Shown piece by piece: positions 36,896 to 47,390 of a stretch of DNA of 55,342 nucleotides. This stretch comes from an uncultured Bacilli bacterium (GTDB lineage Bacteria > Bacillota_I > Bacilli_A > RF39 > UBA660). Within the stretch, counting starts at the first letter, position 1, and every line of letters begins with the position of its first letter. The DNA lies in contig CANQIK010000004.1 of the NCBI GenBank assembly GCA_947624085.1, forward strand, positions 1 through 55,342. The letters run 5' to 3'. The translations under genes and the position numbers were made by a program. The notes under the pieces are model-generated. The model was not told where the DNA came from. It saw only the letters and a list, made by a program, of their open reading frames with translations, and made no database searches.

Positions 36896-38875
36896 TTAAG
36901 ACTCGAGCATTTCTTTAATCTTTAATAATAAAGAATTATAATCGTAATTATTATATTTTAAAACATCATCTTTTTTACCAGATCTGCCAAAGCTATCAAT
37001 GCCAATTGTATATTTAGGACTAGAGGCAAAACGATTCCAAATTAATGTTGAGCCTGCTTCTAAAGTGATAATCTTAACATCTTTTGGTAATAGCTTTTCT
37101 TCATATACCGGATTTTGTTTAACAAATAGTTCCATCGATGGCATTGAAACAACTCTGATATCAATACCACTTGTAAATAGTTCTTCGGCAAGTTTGATTG
37201 CTAAAGCTACTTCACTACCGGTTGCAATAATAACACCATCTAAATGATATTTTTCTTTACGTACTATATAAGCTCCATATTGCACATATTTACCATTGGT
37301 ATGTTTTAAAATATTCATTTTCTCTTTAGAGATTACTAATGAAAAAGGTCCTTGATGTTTCAAAATATATTCCCAAGCACCAATAATTTCATTAATATCA
37401 CAGGGCCTAAATACTGTCATATTAGGAATTGTTCTAAGCATAGATAACTGCTCTACCGGTTGATGAGTCGGTCCATCTTGGCCCACAGTAATACTATCAT
37501 GAGTAAAAATATAAGTAACTGGCAAATTCATAAGAGCGCTCATTCGCATTGCCGGTTTTAAATAATCCGCAAAAGATAGGAACGTAGAGCCAAAAACTCT
37601 TAATCCTGATAAAGCCATTCCATTTAAGATACCACCCATGGCGTGTTCACGAAGGCCAAATGCAATATTACGGCCTGTTGGATTATCATCACTCATAAGG
37701 CCACTGTTATTGATAACGGTTTTTGTACTCGTGGCTAAATCAGCCGAACCACCAACAAAAAATCTTGTTTTAGGAGCAATAAAGTTAATAACTCTTTCAT
37801 TTGAAATGCGCCCTTCTTCACAGTATTTATCATTAATTTTATAATTTGTACTATCAAAGTCTACAGTAAAATCATTTTTTTCAATCAAGTTAATAATATT
37901 TAATAATTCACTATTATTTTCTCTTAACTCATTAAATTCGCGTAACCATAGTTCATATTTCTTACTCACTCTATTTATAATAAAGTCAGTTACATAATTG
38001 CGTGATACTTCATCATAAACAAAAGGTTCAGTTGGCAAATGATATTTTTCTTTTAAATCCTTAACTTCAGCACTATCTAATAAATGATTATGCGCCTCAG
38101 GCAATCCCTCAAAAGTTGTATCTTCACCAATTTGGGTATGACAAATAATAAGAGTTGGCGAATCTGATTTACGAGCTTCTTTAAGTGCCGAAGATATATC
38201 ATTAACATTACTGCCATTTTTGACATTAATAACATTAAAATCTAAAGCTTCAAAACGTAAAGTTAAATCTTCAGTAAAAGTATTTTCTACTTCGCCATCA
38301 TGTTGCACTTCATTATTATCTAAAATAACAACTAATTTATTAAGTCTTTGCGCTCCTGCTAAAGATAAAGCTTCATAAGCAATGCCCTCCTGTAAATCGC
38401 CATCCGAACATAATACATAAGTGTAATAATCAATTAAATTACTTTTCTTGTTAACTGCCCGACATAAATTTTCATAATATCTTTCGGCCAAAGCCATACC
38501 TACCGCATTAGCAACACCTTGACCTAATGGCCCCGTAGAACACTCTATTCCCAGATCAACATTTAATTCAGGATGACCCGGAGTAAAAGAATCAATATCT
38601 CGATAACGTTTTAAATCTGCCATAGAAATATCAAAACCCGCAAAATAAAGCATGGAATATAGCATTGCACTGCCATGACCTGCAGATAAAACGAAACGAT
38701 CACGATTAACCCAATTAGGTCTTTTAGCTAAAACATTAAGTTCATTTAAATATAAGGCATATATAATTGGACTAGCACCAAAAACAATACCTGGATGGCC
38801 ACTTTCAGCCTTTTGAATCATATCTATAGCAAGCATTTTCATTGAATTTAAAGCTTGTTCACTTTTACCGGCCAT
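36896..38875 (-). CDS. tkt: Transketolase
   Basis: SGHPG, NRDRFVLSAGH, TPGHPE, GPLGQG, FGLREHAM, DGPTHQP. Confidence 0.96.
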   Translation of the reverse strand: MAGKSEQALNSMKMLAIDMIQKAESGHPGIVFGASPIIYALYLNELNVLAKRPNWVNRDRFVLSAGHGSAMLYSMLYFAGFDISMADLKRYRDIDSFTPGHPELNVDLGIECSTGPLGQGVANAVGMALAERYYENLCRAVNKKSNLIDYYTYVLCSDGDLQEGIAYEALSLAGAQRLNKLVVILDNNEVQHDGEVENTFTEDLTLRFEALDFNVINVKNGSNVNDISSALKEARKSDSPTLIICHTQIGEDTTFEGLPEAHNHLLDSAEVKDLKEKYHLPTEPFVYDEVSRNYVTDFIINRVSKKYELWLREFNELRENNSELLNIINLIEKNDFTVDFDSTNYKINDKYCEEGRISNERVINFIAPKTRFFVGGSADLATSTKTVINNSGLMSDDNPTGRNIAFGLREHAMGGILNGMALSGLRVFGSTFLSFADYLKPAMRMSALMNLPVTYIFTHDSITVGQDGPTHQPVEQLSMLRTIPNMTVFRPCDINEIIGAWEYILKHQGPFSLVISKEKMNILKHTNGKYVQYGAYIVRKEKYHLDGVIIATGSEVALAIKLAEELFTSGIDIRVVSMPSMELFVKQNPVYEEKLLPKDVKIITLEAGSTLIWNRFASSPKYTIGIDSFGRSGKKDDVLKYNNYDYNSLLLKIKEMLES

Positions 38876-38929
38876 ACTACATCACTTCCCTATTTTTCAT
38901 TTTAGCATAGTTTCTTCATAAAATAAAAC

Positions 38930-39091
38930 CTATATTTTTAATTCCGTGTTTGTGATTAAGTCCGACTTGCCATTTTGACTTTCAGCCATCTTATAATCGG
39001 CAAGTAATGAAAAGGTTGCTATTATTACCGCCAGGTATAAGAAAATAAGTCCTCCGTAGTTCACAATAATTTTTTTCAAAACTTTTTTCAT
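38930..39091 (-). CDS. Small single-TM protein, putative SOS-induced cell-division inhibitor (YneA/SosA position)
   Basis: 53 aa from ATG 39091 (MKKVLKKIIVNYGGLIFLYLAVIIATFSLLA...); divergent from lexA, SOS box in its promoter. Confidence 0.65.
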   Translation of the reverse strand: MKKVLKKIIVNYGGLIFLYLAVIIATFSLLADYKMAESQNGKSDLITNTELKI

Positions 39092-39122
39092 TCTTATCAC
39101 ATCCTTCGTTACAATATTAAGG

Positions 39123-39136
39123 CAAATGTTTGTTCG
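39123..39136. promoter_or_regulatory. LexA (Cheo) box in the promoter spacer of the small TM gene
   Basis: Minus strand CGAAC-aaac-ATTTG inside TTGACA-N17-TAATAT. Confidence 0.7.
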
Positions 39137-39150
39137 TGTCAATATATTTC

Positions 39151-39164
39151 AAAACATTTGTTTG
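39151..39164. promoter_or_regulatory. Degenerate LexA box overlapping the lexA -35
   Basis: AAAAC-attt-GTTTG overlapping TTGACT-N17-TAAACT. Confidence 0.55.
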
Positions 39165-39212
39165 ACTTTTTACAATATATGATGTAAACTTAAAATATAT
39201 ATGGAGGTAGAA

Positions 39213-39839
39213 ATGAAAAGAGCTGCTATGTTAACAAGAAGACAAGCGGATGTCTTAAAATTTATAAAAAAATATTCCGCAGAACACGGCTTTCCGCCTA
39301 CTATAAGGGAAATTTGTGCCGGTGTGCATTTATCTAGTACAGCTACTGTATTTGTTCATATTAAAAATCTTGAAAAAAACGGTTATTTGAGAAGTTCTAA
39401 TAATAAGTTTCGAACAATAGAACTTTTAGTAGATAACGAATATGAAAAGAAAAATGAAGATACTGTTAAAGTTCCTCTTCTTGGTAAAGTAACCGCGGGA
39501 AATCCTATTACCGCAATTGAAACACCAAACGAATTTTTCTCTTTACCTTCTTCCTTAGTTCCGGCCTCATCCGAAGTATTTACCCTACACGTTTCAGGCG
39601 AAAGCATGATTAATGCTGGTATTTATGATGATGATTATGTGATTGTTAAAAGACAAAATGATGCTAAAAATGGCGATATTGTTGTTGCTATGACAGATGA
39701 AAATGAAGTAACGCTTAAAAGATTTTTTAAAGAAAATGACCATATTAGATTACAGCCTGAAAATGATACCATGGCGCCCATTATTTTACCTAATTGTACA
39801 ATTCTTGGTACTGCCATTGGTTTATATCGTAAAATATAA
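39213..39839 (+). CDS. lexA: SOS repressor LexA
   Basis: GFPPTIREI, VPLLGKVTAG cleavage site, GESM catalytic Ser, VTLKRF catalytic Lys; ATG 39213 after GGAGG. Confidence 0.97.
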   Translation: MKRAAMLTRRQADVLKFIKKYSAEHGFPPTIREICAGVHLSSTATVFVHIKNLEKNGYLRSSNNKFRTIELLVDNEYEKKNEDTVKVPLLGKVTAGNPITAIETPNEFFSLPSSLVPASSEVFTLHVSGESMINAGIYDDDYVIVKRQNDAKNGDIVVAMTDENEVTLKRFFKENDHIRLQPENDTMAPIILPNCTILGTAIGLYRKI

Positions 39840-39873
39840 AAAAATTATCAGTTTATTTTGATAATTTTTCTTT

Positions 39874-40515
39874 TTATAATAGCACGCCATTTTTTAAAGT
39901 AGCTATTCTTTCATTATAATCTTCACCATTTGTTACAAAAGAGCCACTTACTACTATATCAATATCTTTATCTATTAACAAAGATATGGTATTAGCATTT
40001 ACTCCCCCATCAATTATGGTTTGAATTTGATAATCATGTTTTATTTCATTAAATTTAGCAACTTTATCTAAAACTTCTTCTTGAAAAGGCTGACCCCCTG
40101 CGCCAGGATTTACCGTCAAAAATAAGACTTCATCTATTTGTTTTAGATATGGTGTTAATGTATTGATATCATCACTAGGATTTAGGGCAATGCCTACTTT
40201 AATCCCCATAGAGGATATGTAATCTATGACTTGGCTCGGTTTTTTAGTCGCGTCTAAATGAAATATTATGGTACTTACATCATAAAAAGCTAGTTTATCC
40301 ACATATTTAAGAGGATCATTGCACATTAAATGAATATGAAGTTTTTTTTGGGCTGTTCCTAGCAATTTATCTAATGAGCCTAATGTGAAATTTTTGGTTT
40401 TAACATATTTACCATCGCATAAATCAACATGAATATAATCAGCATTAGAATCATTAATTTTTTTTATACATTTAATATAGTTATCACTACTTAAAAAACT
40501 TACTGCTACTTTCAT
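39874..40515 (-). CDS. rpe: Ribulose-phosphate 3-epimerase
   Basis: HVDLCDG, HLM, VNPGAGGQ.F, IDGGVN, VSGS. Confidence 0.93.
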   Translation of the reverse strand: MKVAVSFLSSDNYIKCIKKINDSNADYIHVDLCDGKYVKTKNFTLGSLDKLLGTAQKKLHIHLMCNDPLKYVDKLAFYDVSTIIFHLDATKKPSQVIDYISSMGIKVGIALNPSDDINTLTPYLKQIDEVLFLTVNPGAGGQPFQEEVLDKVAKFNEIKHDYQIQTIIDGGVNANTISLLIDKDIDIVVSGSFVTNGEDYNERIATLKNGVLL

Positions 40516-41335
40516 GGCACTCCTTTATAAACTTTAAATAATTTTCATATCGTGAATTTAGTATTTTAGTACCGACTTTTGGCTCTACTTCACACCCTTC
40601 AGTTTTAATGTGCATACAATCTTTGTATTTGCAATTACTATTTTTAAATTCACCAAAGGCATCTCTAATTTGCTGAGGGGTAAAATTAGCTAAATCAAGT
40701 GCACTAAAGCCTGGGGTATCAGCTAGAAGGAAATTATCTATTTCATATAAACTAACATATCTTGTTGTGTGAACACCCCGGTTAAGAGAAGATGAAATAG
40801 GTTTTGTTTCAAGTTTTAAATTCTTATCTATTTTGTTAATGAATGTGGATTTACCCGCCCCCGTTTGCCCACAGCAGACAATTATTTTATCTTTAGCTAT
40901 TTTTTTAAAATAAGCTATAGCGGTATTTTCTATAACCACAATATCTAAAGTTTCATAATACTTTTTAATCTTTTTGTAATATTCTAATTCTTTTTTATCA
41001 AGTAAATCTATTTTGGTAAAGCATATAACTGGCTCTATATTATTACCAATTACATTAACTAATAATTTATCTAATAGCACTAAATCTAAATCCGGTTTTT
41101 TTACAGAAGTTATAATTAACGCTATGTCGACATTAGCAATATTAGGTCTTGTTAAAAAATTGCGTCTTTCATATATTTTACTTATCCGATTTTCATCATC
41201 AAGTAAAACTATATCACCTACCAAGGGAACAATTTTTTCTTTACGAAAAATTCCCTTTACGGTAGCATTAATATCCCCTTGTGATGTTTTAACAACATAT
41301 TTCGTACTATTAATATGAATAATTCGTCCCTGCAT
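40487..41335 (-). CDS. rsgA: Ribosome small subunit-dependent GTPase RsgA (CpgA)
   Basis: TKID, GQTGAGKS, GVHTTR, DTPGF, C-terminal CKYKDCMH..GC. Confidence 0.95.
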   Translation of the reverse strand: MQGRIIHINSTKYVVKTSQGDINATVKGIFRKEKIVPLVGDIVLLDDENRISKIYERRNFLTRPNIANVDIALIITSVKKPDLDLVLLDKLLVNVIGNNIEPVICFTKIDLLDKKELEYYKKIKKYYETLDIVVIENTAIAYFKKIAKDKIIVCCGQTGAGKSTFINKIDKNLKLETKPISSSLNRGVHTTRYVSLYEIDNFLLADTPGFSALDLANFTPQQIRDAFGEFKNSNCKYKDCMHIKTEGCEVEPKVGTKILNSRYENYLKFIKECHESSSKFFK

Positions 41336-41336
41336 A

Positions 41337-43106
41337 TTAATCTAATTCGTGGTTTCCTTCACTATTTGAAGTATTACCCTCTATAGTTATGGTTAAAGTG
41401 GCACTACGCGTAACTTTGGCACCCTCTTTACGACTTTGATTAGTTATTTTATAACTTGCATAATCTTCAGCATTGCCTTTATTTATTGATAAACTATTTT
41501 TATCTTTATCAACAAATTTACAAGACAATTCATATTCTTCACAGAAATCTAGAATATCTAATATTTCATAGCCATCAGTAAAGTCTGGATATAAATCTTG
41601 AACTTTAGGAATCCATAAAATTATTTCATCGCCACTTTTTAAAGATTCCCCTGCTGCTACAGATTGGTCAATAATAGTATTTTCTTTAAAATCGTCCTCA
41701 CTGCCCTCGGCTATATCTCTTTCTTTACATGAAGCATTAACCCCTTGCGCATCAAGAGCTCCTTCAATATTATCGCAATTCTTGCCGGTATAATCTTCAA
41801 TAACAATTTCAGCGGTACCCTTAGAAATATAAATAGTTATTTCTGAGCCCTTTTTCTTTTTAGAGCCTCCTGATGGAGATGTCATAACAACTCGACCTTC
41901 ATCAATAGTAGAAGAATTTTTTTCTAAAGTTTCATCGGCGACACTAAAGCCTTCTTTTTCTAGTTTCTTAACAGCGTCTACTAAAGTCATATTGGTAACA
42001 TCAGGAACCTCAATCGTACCAATAGAATTACCATATCTTATCCATAGTAAAACAACCGTAATACCTACTACCAAAGCAGTAAATACCGCCATCAAGATAA
42101 TTATCGTCTTATTTTGCTTCTTCAAATCATTTTCGGTTATCTTCTTTGCTATAACTTCCTCACCATCTTTCTTATTTGTTTCCTTATTATTAATATTTGC
42201 TTCTTTTTTAATTTTTAGTACAGCATTATCATCATAATCATTTTCAGGATATTTAAATGTATATTTTATCTCATTAATTCGGGCTTCATCTAAGCAAGTT
42301 TTTAAATCTTCATGCATTTCTCTTGCATCAGTATAACGATTTTTAGGATTTTTAGCCGTAGCTTTCATAATAATGTTTTCAATACTTTGGGGTAAATCAG
42401 GTAAGATACTCCTTATAGACGGAAGAGGTTCTTTTAAATGTTTTAAAGCAATCTCAACAGCATTATCTCCACGATAAGGAAGTTTACCCGTTAATAACTC
42501 GAACATCAAAATACCAAGGGAATATATATCACTTTGTAAAGTCGCCCCTTTGCCACAAGCTTGTTCAGGTGGAAGATAATGAACAGAGCCCATTACAGAG
42601 TTTGTTTGCGTAAGCTGAGTTGAATTCATGGCTACCGCTATACCAAAATCCGTAAGTTTTACTAAACCATTTTCCAAAATCATAATGTTTTGGGGTTTAA
42701 TATCTCTATGAATTATATATGAATCATGAGCTACAGAAAGACCACTGGTAACTTGAAGCATAATATCTACAACCTCGGGAACGGTAAGTTTACCTCTTTT
42801 TTTAAGGAGTGTTTTTAATTGTTTACCCTCGATATATTCCATAACAATATAATACTCGCCATGGTCTTCACCAACATCATATACTTCAACTATATTTTGA
42901 TTATTAAGACTTGAGGCTTGTAAAGCTTCTCTTTGAAATCTTCTTACAAATTTTTCATCAGTTGCTAAATCTCCCCGCAGAATTTTAACAGCAACATTAC
43001 GTTCTAAAATAGTGTCATATGCTAAATAAACATTAGCCATTCCACCTTCACCAATGCTTTTTAAAATTTGGTATCTATCACTAATTTTTTGCCCTTTAGC
43101 AATCAC
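41337..43106 (-). CDS. prkC: PASTA-domain Ser/Thr kinase PrkC/Stk1
   Basis: IGEGGMANVY, HRDIKPQN, DFGIA, TM helix, PASTA repeats. Confidence 0.96.
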   Translation of the reverse strand: MIAKGQKISDRYQILKSIGEGGMANVYLAYDTILERNVAVKILRGDLATDEKFVRRFQREALQASSLNNQNIVEVYDVGEDHGEYYIVMEYIEGKQLKTLLKKRGKLTVPEVVDIMLQVTSGLSVAHDSYIIHRDIKPQNIMILENGLVKLTDFGIAVAMNSTQLTQTNSVMGSVHYLPPEQACGKGATLQSDIYSLGILMFELLTGKLPYRGDNAVEIALKHLKEPLPSIRSILPDLPQSIENIIMKATAKNPKNRYTDAREMHEDLKTCLDEARINEIKYTFKYPENDYDDNAVLKIKKEANINNKETNKKDGEEVIAKKITENDLKKQNKTIIILMAVFTALVVGITVVLLWIRYGNSIGTIEVPDVTNMTLVDAVKKLEKEGFSVADETLEKNSSTIDEGRVVMTSPSGGSKKKKGSEITIYISKGTAEIVIEDYTGKNCDNIEGALDAQGVNASCKERDIAEGSEDDFKENTIIDQSVAAGESLKSGDEIILWIPKVQDLYPDFTDGYEILDILDFCEEYELSCKFVDKDKNSLSINKGNAEDYASYKITNQSRKEGAKVTRSATLTITIEGNTSNSEGNHELD

Positions 43107-43861
43107 TATTTTTTACTCCCTTCCATATCCAAAAATGCCACAGAGATATTATCATTTCCACCCCGTGCATTACATTTTGTTATAAGTTTTTGAACTTTTT
43201 CTTCAATTGTTAACTCAGTATCATCTAAGACTCTTTCAATTTGATCATCGGCCAAAAGCGAAGTCAAGCCATCACTACAAAGCATTATGCCATCAATATC
43301 AGCATCAACAACATCAAATATATCAAGTTCAGCTTTCTCTGTTGCTCCTAATGCGCGCATTAAGACATTCTTTTTAGGATGAAATTTAGCTTCTTCCTCA
43401 GTCAAATTACCCGCTTGAACTAAAAGGTTTACTAAAGTATGATCTTTTGTTACTTTATGAAGTTTACCAGCTTTTAAAACATAGCCTGATGAGTCGCCAA
43501 TATTGCCAAAGATTAAAAATTCCTTGGTTAAAACCGCTACTACTAAAGTAGTTCCCATACCTACCGAGTCTTCATGAGCAATAGTATATTCTAAAATCTC
43601 TTTATTAATCTCATTAACGTTATCATTAAGCCAATTAACAGCATCAAGTTTAGTACCAATACTTGCCGTTTCAGTAAATCTTTTACCTAAATGAGTAAGG
43701 GCTATTGAGGAAGCAACCTCCCCTTTACGATGACCACCCATACCATCAGCAACCATTAATAAATATTCATCAGATTTATTTTTGAGAATTGTTACGCTGT
43801 CCTCATTATGTGTTCTAACCCGTCCAGCATCTGTTAAATAAAACGTTTTTATATAAACCAC
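43106..43861 (-). CDS. prpC: PP2C-type Ser/Thr phosphatase PrpC/Stp1
   Basis: GRVR.HNED, VADGMGGH, GMGTT, LCSDGL, GGNDNIS. Confidence 0.95.
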   Translation of the reverse strand: MVYIKTFYLTDAGRVRTHNEDSVTILKNKSDEYLLMVADGMGGHRKGEVASSIALTHLGKRFTETASIGTKLDAVNWLNDNVNEINKEILEYTIAHEDSVGMGTTLVVAVLTKEFLIFGNIGDSSGYVLKAGKLHKVTKDHTLVNLLVQAGNLTEEEAKFHPKKNVLMRALGATEKAELDIFDVVDADIDGIMLCSDGLTSLLADDQIERVLDDTELTIEEKVQKLITKCNARGGNDNISVAFLDMEGSKK

Positions 43862-43902
43862 CTATCTTCAATGATAATTATAACATTATTTATTATTTTT
43901 TA

Positions 43903-44919
43903 CTATATTTCTTTACTTCTAAGTTGCCCACACGCAGCCGATATTTTATTACCAAATTTATGCCGTACCGTTACATCAAGGCCATTTTTCTTTAAAGTAT
44001 CATAAAATAAAGCTATTTGTTTTTTACTACTAGCCTTAAAGGCAATATTTTTCGTTTCATTATATGGTATTAAATTAACATAAACATTATAACCATTTAA
44101 TAATTTACTAAGAGCTAAAGCATCTTCTTTGGTATCATTAATTTTATCAAGCATTATGTATTCAATTGTTACCCGTCTTTTCGTTTTATTTTGATAATAT
44201 TTTAAAGCTTCAAAAACTTCTTTTAAACTATACGCTTTGGCAACATTCATTATTTGTTTTCTTTTTTCATCAGTTGGAGAATGTAGGCTTAAAGCTAAAT
44301 TAACTTGAAGTTCCATATCCGCAAAAGCTTTTATTTTGGGAACTAAACCACAGGTGGAAACAGTAATATGTCTTGCCCCAATTGCTAAAACTTTTGGATC
44401 ATTAAGTAAATTAATAAATTTCATAACATTAGTAAAATTATCAAAAGGTTCACCAATTCCCATGATAACAACACTATCAATTTTCTGTTTTACATAATTG
44501 CTAATTGCGATTGCTTGCTCAAGCATTTCATAAGTTTCTAAATCTCTTACCTTTTTAAGGCGCCCACTTTCACAAAATTTACAGCCCATATTACAGCCTA
44601 CTTGTGAAGATACACAAACACTTAACCCATAATTATGATACATTAAAACACTTTCAATCTTTTGACCATCTTTTAAAGTAAATAAAAATTTTTTAACATC
44701 CGTATCTTCCTCTACTTTAGTTATTGTAATAAAAGCGGTTGAAAATGTTGCTTTTAAAAAATCTATTGTCTCTTTTTTTATGTTTGTATAATTATTAAAA
44801 TCATATTCTTGCTTATTATAAAGCCAGTCAAATATTTGACTTGCTAGAAATTTTTTATAACCTTTAGCTACTAAATAATCCTCTAAATCTTTTTTAGGGT
44901 AATTAAATATATTTTCCAT
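43903..44919 (-). CDS. rlmN: Dual-specificity RNA methyltransferase RlmN
   Basis: CVSSQVGCNMGCKFC radical-SAM motif, MGIGEP, AACGQL. Confidence 0.95.
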   Translation of the reverse strand: MENIFNYPKKDLEDYLVAKGYKKFLASQIFDWLYNKQEYDFNNYTNIKKETIDFLKATFSTAFITITKVEEDTDVKKFLFTLKDGQKIESVLMYHNYGLSVCVSSQVGCNMGCKFCESGRLKKVRDLETYEMLEQAIAISNYVKQKIDSVVIMGIGEPFDNFTNVMKFINLLNDPKVLAIGARHITVSTCGLVPKIKAFADMELQVNLALSLHSPTDEKRKQIMNVAKAYSLKEVFEALKYYQNKTKRRVTIEYIMLDKINDTKEDALALSKLLNGYNVYVNLIPYNETKNIAFKASSKKQIALFYDTLKKNGLDVTVRHKFGNKISAACGQLRSKEI

Positions 44920-45662
44920 TAACGATTACCTTTTAAATATTTTCTAATAGTTTTTAAACCTGCACTATCTTTATACTTTTCATAAAATTCATTATTAAGC
45001 CAGAAAGCATAGAAGTTATATAAAACATTTTTAAAAGAAGTTTTAGGTTTAAATCTAATCATTATTTCTTTAGGATCAATTTTTACTTCATTAGGGATAT
45101 CTTCTTTCTTAATAGCTAAATAGGAAATAATTGTAAGAATTTCAAATAAATAAAGAGGAGCAAAAATAATAGCATATAAAAAGTTATGGCTAATAGACTG
45201 TACTTGATTTATAAAGGCTGGATTAAGGATAGTTATAGCTTCAATATCACTAATTAGATAAAGTACTATAATAGTTAATGATACCACCCATGTTTTAATT
45301 TTGCCTACCATTGAGCTTTTAACATTAATGTTATGGTAATATTTTATAGTTTGAATAAGAACGATTATAACTTCACAAAGGATAGGAAATATTGCATACT
45401 TACTACTTGTAAGTAAGATAATAAGATTGGCTAAAGAAAATAACTTGTCGGCAGCACCATCAAAAGCACTACCAAAAAATGTAGCTGCGTGCCATTTTCG
45501 AGCTAATATACCATCAATCCAATCAGTTAAATAGCAAAAGATAGACCATTCGGCAGCTGCTAAACCACCTTGGTAAATATAAATTGGCACCAAGCAAATT
45601 ACCCCAATAACTCTTATTGAGGTTAATAAATTAACTATTAATATAGCTATTAACTTTTTCAT
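44919..45662 (-). CDS. CDP-alcohol phosphatidyltransferase family protein (PgsA-like)
   Basis: NLLTSIR, TDWIDGILARK....FGSAFDGAADK, GKIKT; start moved to ATG 45662. Confidence 0.88.
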   Translation of the reverse strand: MKKLIAILIVNLLTSIRVIGVICLVPIYIYQGGLAAAEWSIFCYLTDWIDGILARKWHAATFFGSAFDGAADKLFSLANLIILLTSSKYAIFPILCEVIIVLIQTIKYYHNINVKSSMVGKIKTWVVSLTIIVLYLISDIEAITILNPAFINQVQSISHNFLYAIIFAPLYLFEILTIISYLAIKKEDIPNEVKIDPKEIMIRFKPKTSFKNVLYNFYAFWLNNEFYEKYKDSAGLKTIRKYLKGNR

Positions 45663-45687
45663 ACCCAAATACCTCTAATATAAAATA

Positions 45688-46335
45688 TTAATCAATACGT
45701 GTAAAACTTAAAATATACTTGCTATCTACTAAATCTATTTCAATTGAATTAATATAATCTCCTGCCGAAATTATAACATAATCTTCCCCTTTTTCATAGA
45801 TATAACTATCCTCTGTAGTGGTAGGCGTAATGTCTTGAAAATTATAATATATATTTTCAGGATTTAAATATATATCATAGTTAATATTATCAAGGCTGTC
45901 ATAAAAAATAGCTTCATCATTTATTACATTATATACACTATTATCTTGAATATAATATTCACTAGTACCTGAGGCATCCGTTTTAGTGCCACTTATATCG
46001 CCCTCAGCTTTAACTCCTTCATACTCTATTATATCTTCATTTTTATAAACAACATACTTATATTCATATTCACTGTTTAGTAAATCTTGCCACATACTTT
46101 CAAGCGTAGTACTTTCATCAGAAGTCTTTTCGGGAAGTGTTTCATTAGCAAGATTTTCCTCATATTCCTTAAGCTTTTGCGTTTTATTGTTATAAGGAAT
46201 TATAAAAACCATAAATATAATAACAATAAAAGCAATCCATAATGGTAACAATATTAAGGCTCTATTCCGAGGAACTTTCCAAAAATTAGTTATATTACTC
46301 TCGGGAAAATATTTTTCTAAAAGTTTAGTTAACAT
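45688..46335 (-). CDS. Hypothetical membrane-anchored acidic protein (start uncertain)
   Basis: One TM helix near the N-terminus, acidic extracellular domain; AAAGGA RBS suggests a start near 46335. Confidence 0.65.
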   Translation of the reverse strand: MLTKLLEKYFPESNITNFWKVPRNRALILLPLWIAFIVIIFMVFIIPYNNKTQKLKEYEENLANETLPEKTSDESTTLESMWQDLLNSEYEYKYVVYKNEDIIEYEGVKAEGDISGTKTDASGTSEYYIQDNSVYNVINDEAIFYDSLDNINYDIYLNPENIYYNFQDITPTTTEDSYIYEKGEDYVIISAGDYINSIEIDLVDSKYILSFTRID

Positions 46336-47245
46336 ATTCATCATCCTTTTTAGAGCCATTTAAGTAAGAAATAATATCCATTTGTTTTTTGCCTTCAGGT
46401 TTAACTATTTCTAGATTAATCCAACCATCAAGACACCCAATTTGCATTTGTTTTTTTAAATATCTTATTTTATTTATTTCAGCATTTTTATCAGCAATAA
46501 AGCTTGCTTTAATAACTTTAATAGCTCCATTTTTTAAATTAAAATAAACACCCGGCCATGGATTAAAGGCTCTTATTTTATTTATAATATTTGCTCCTTT
46601 ATCATTAAATAATAAATGTTCATCTTCTCTTTTAATAATTTTTGTATACGTTGCTTCTTCGTTATTTTGTTTTATTCTTTCATTTGTGCCTTGATATATT
46701 AAAGGAAGCGTTTGGTCTAAAAGTTCTACGCCTAGTTTAGATAATTTGTCATGTAATGTTCCCACATTATCCTCAGGTAATATTGCACATTCTTCAAAAG
46801 ATATAATATCGCCGGTATCCATATTTTCATCCATATACATGATTGTAACCCCTGTTTTTTCATCACCATTAAGTAAGGCTGTTTGGATAGGCGATGCTCC
46901 CCGATATTTTGGTAAAAGAGAAGCATGAATATTAATACACCCTAGTTTAGGTATTTCAAGCATTTCTTTAGGTATTATTTGGCCATAGGCACAAGTAACT
47001 ATCAAATCAGGATTTAACTCACTTATTATTTCATATTCATTTCTAATTTTAATAGGTTGAAAAACATCGATATTATTTTTTAATGCCACTTCTTTAACTG
47101 GAGAAAACATCATTTTTTTATCCCTACCCGTTTGTTTATCTGCTTGGGTTACAGCTAAGACAACATTTGTGTTTTCAATCAAGTATTCTAAAACAGGTAC
47201 TGAGAAATCAGGTGTTCCCATGAATATAACTTTTAAATCCTTCAT
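46325..47245 (-). CDS. fmt: Methionyl-tRNA formyltransferase
   Basis: FMGTPDFS, AYGQI, INIHASLLPKYRGASPI, MDTGDI, IRAFNPWP. Confidence 0.97.
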   Translation of the reverse strand: MKDLKVIFMGTPDFSVPVLEYLIENTNVVLAVTQADKQTGRDKKMMFSPVKEVALKNNIDVFQPIKIRNEYEIISELNPDLIVTCAYGQIIPKEMLEIPKLGCINIHASLLPKYRGASPIQTALLNGDEKTGVTIMYMDENMDTGDIISFEECAILPEDNVGTLHDKLSKLGVELLDQTLPLIYQGTNERIKQNNEEATYTKIIKREDEHLLFNDKGANIINKIRAFNPWPGVYFNLKNGAIKVIKASFIADKNAEINKIRYLKKQMQIGCLDGWINLEIVKPEGKKQMDIISYLNGSKKDDEYVN

Positions 47246-47390
47246 ATTAGTATCACCGTTTAAATTGTATCAAAATTAAGCTAAAAAGTCATTAACTGAA
47301 TAAAAATTAATTTTTTCAAAAAAATTACTCTAAAAAAAAGGAAATCGGACCTTTACCCGGTATATATAAATGTAGAAGGAGAAAATAGTT

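Noticed and set aside
36896..38875. Transketolase motif deviations (GQDGPTHQ, VISKE) suggesting a pseudo-enzyme
   Set aside because: Catalytic histidines and the ThDP-binding region are present; the changes look like ordinary divergence
47335..47375. GGAAAT...GGTATATA element upstream of rhuM-fic as an alternative-sigma promoter
   Set aside because: Spacing does not clearly fit any consensus I can name; single occurrence
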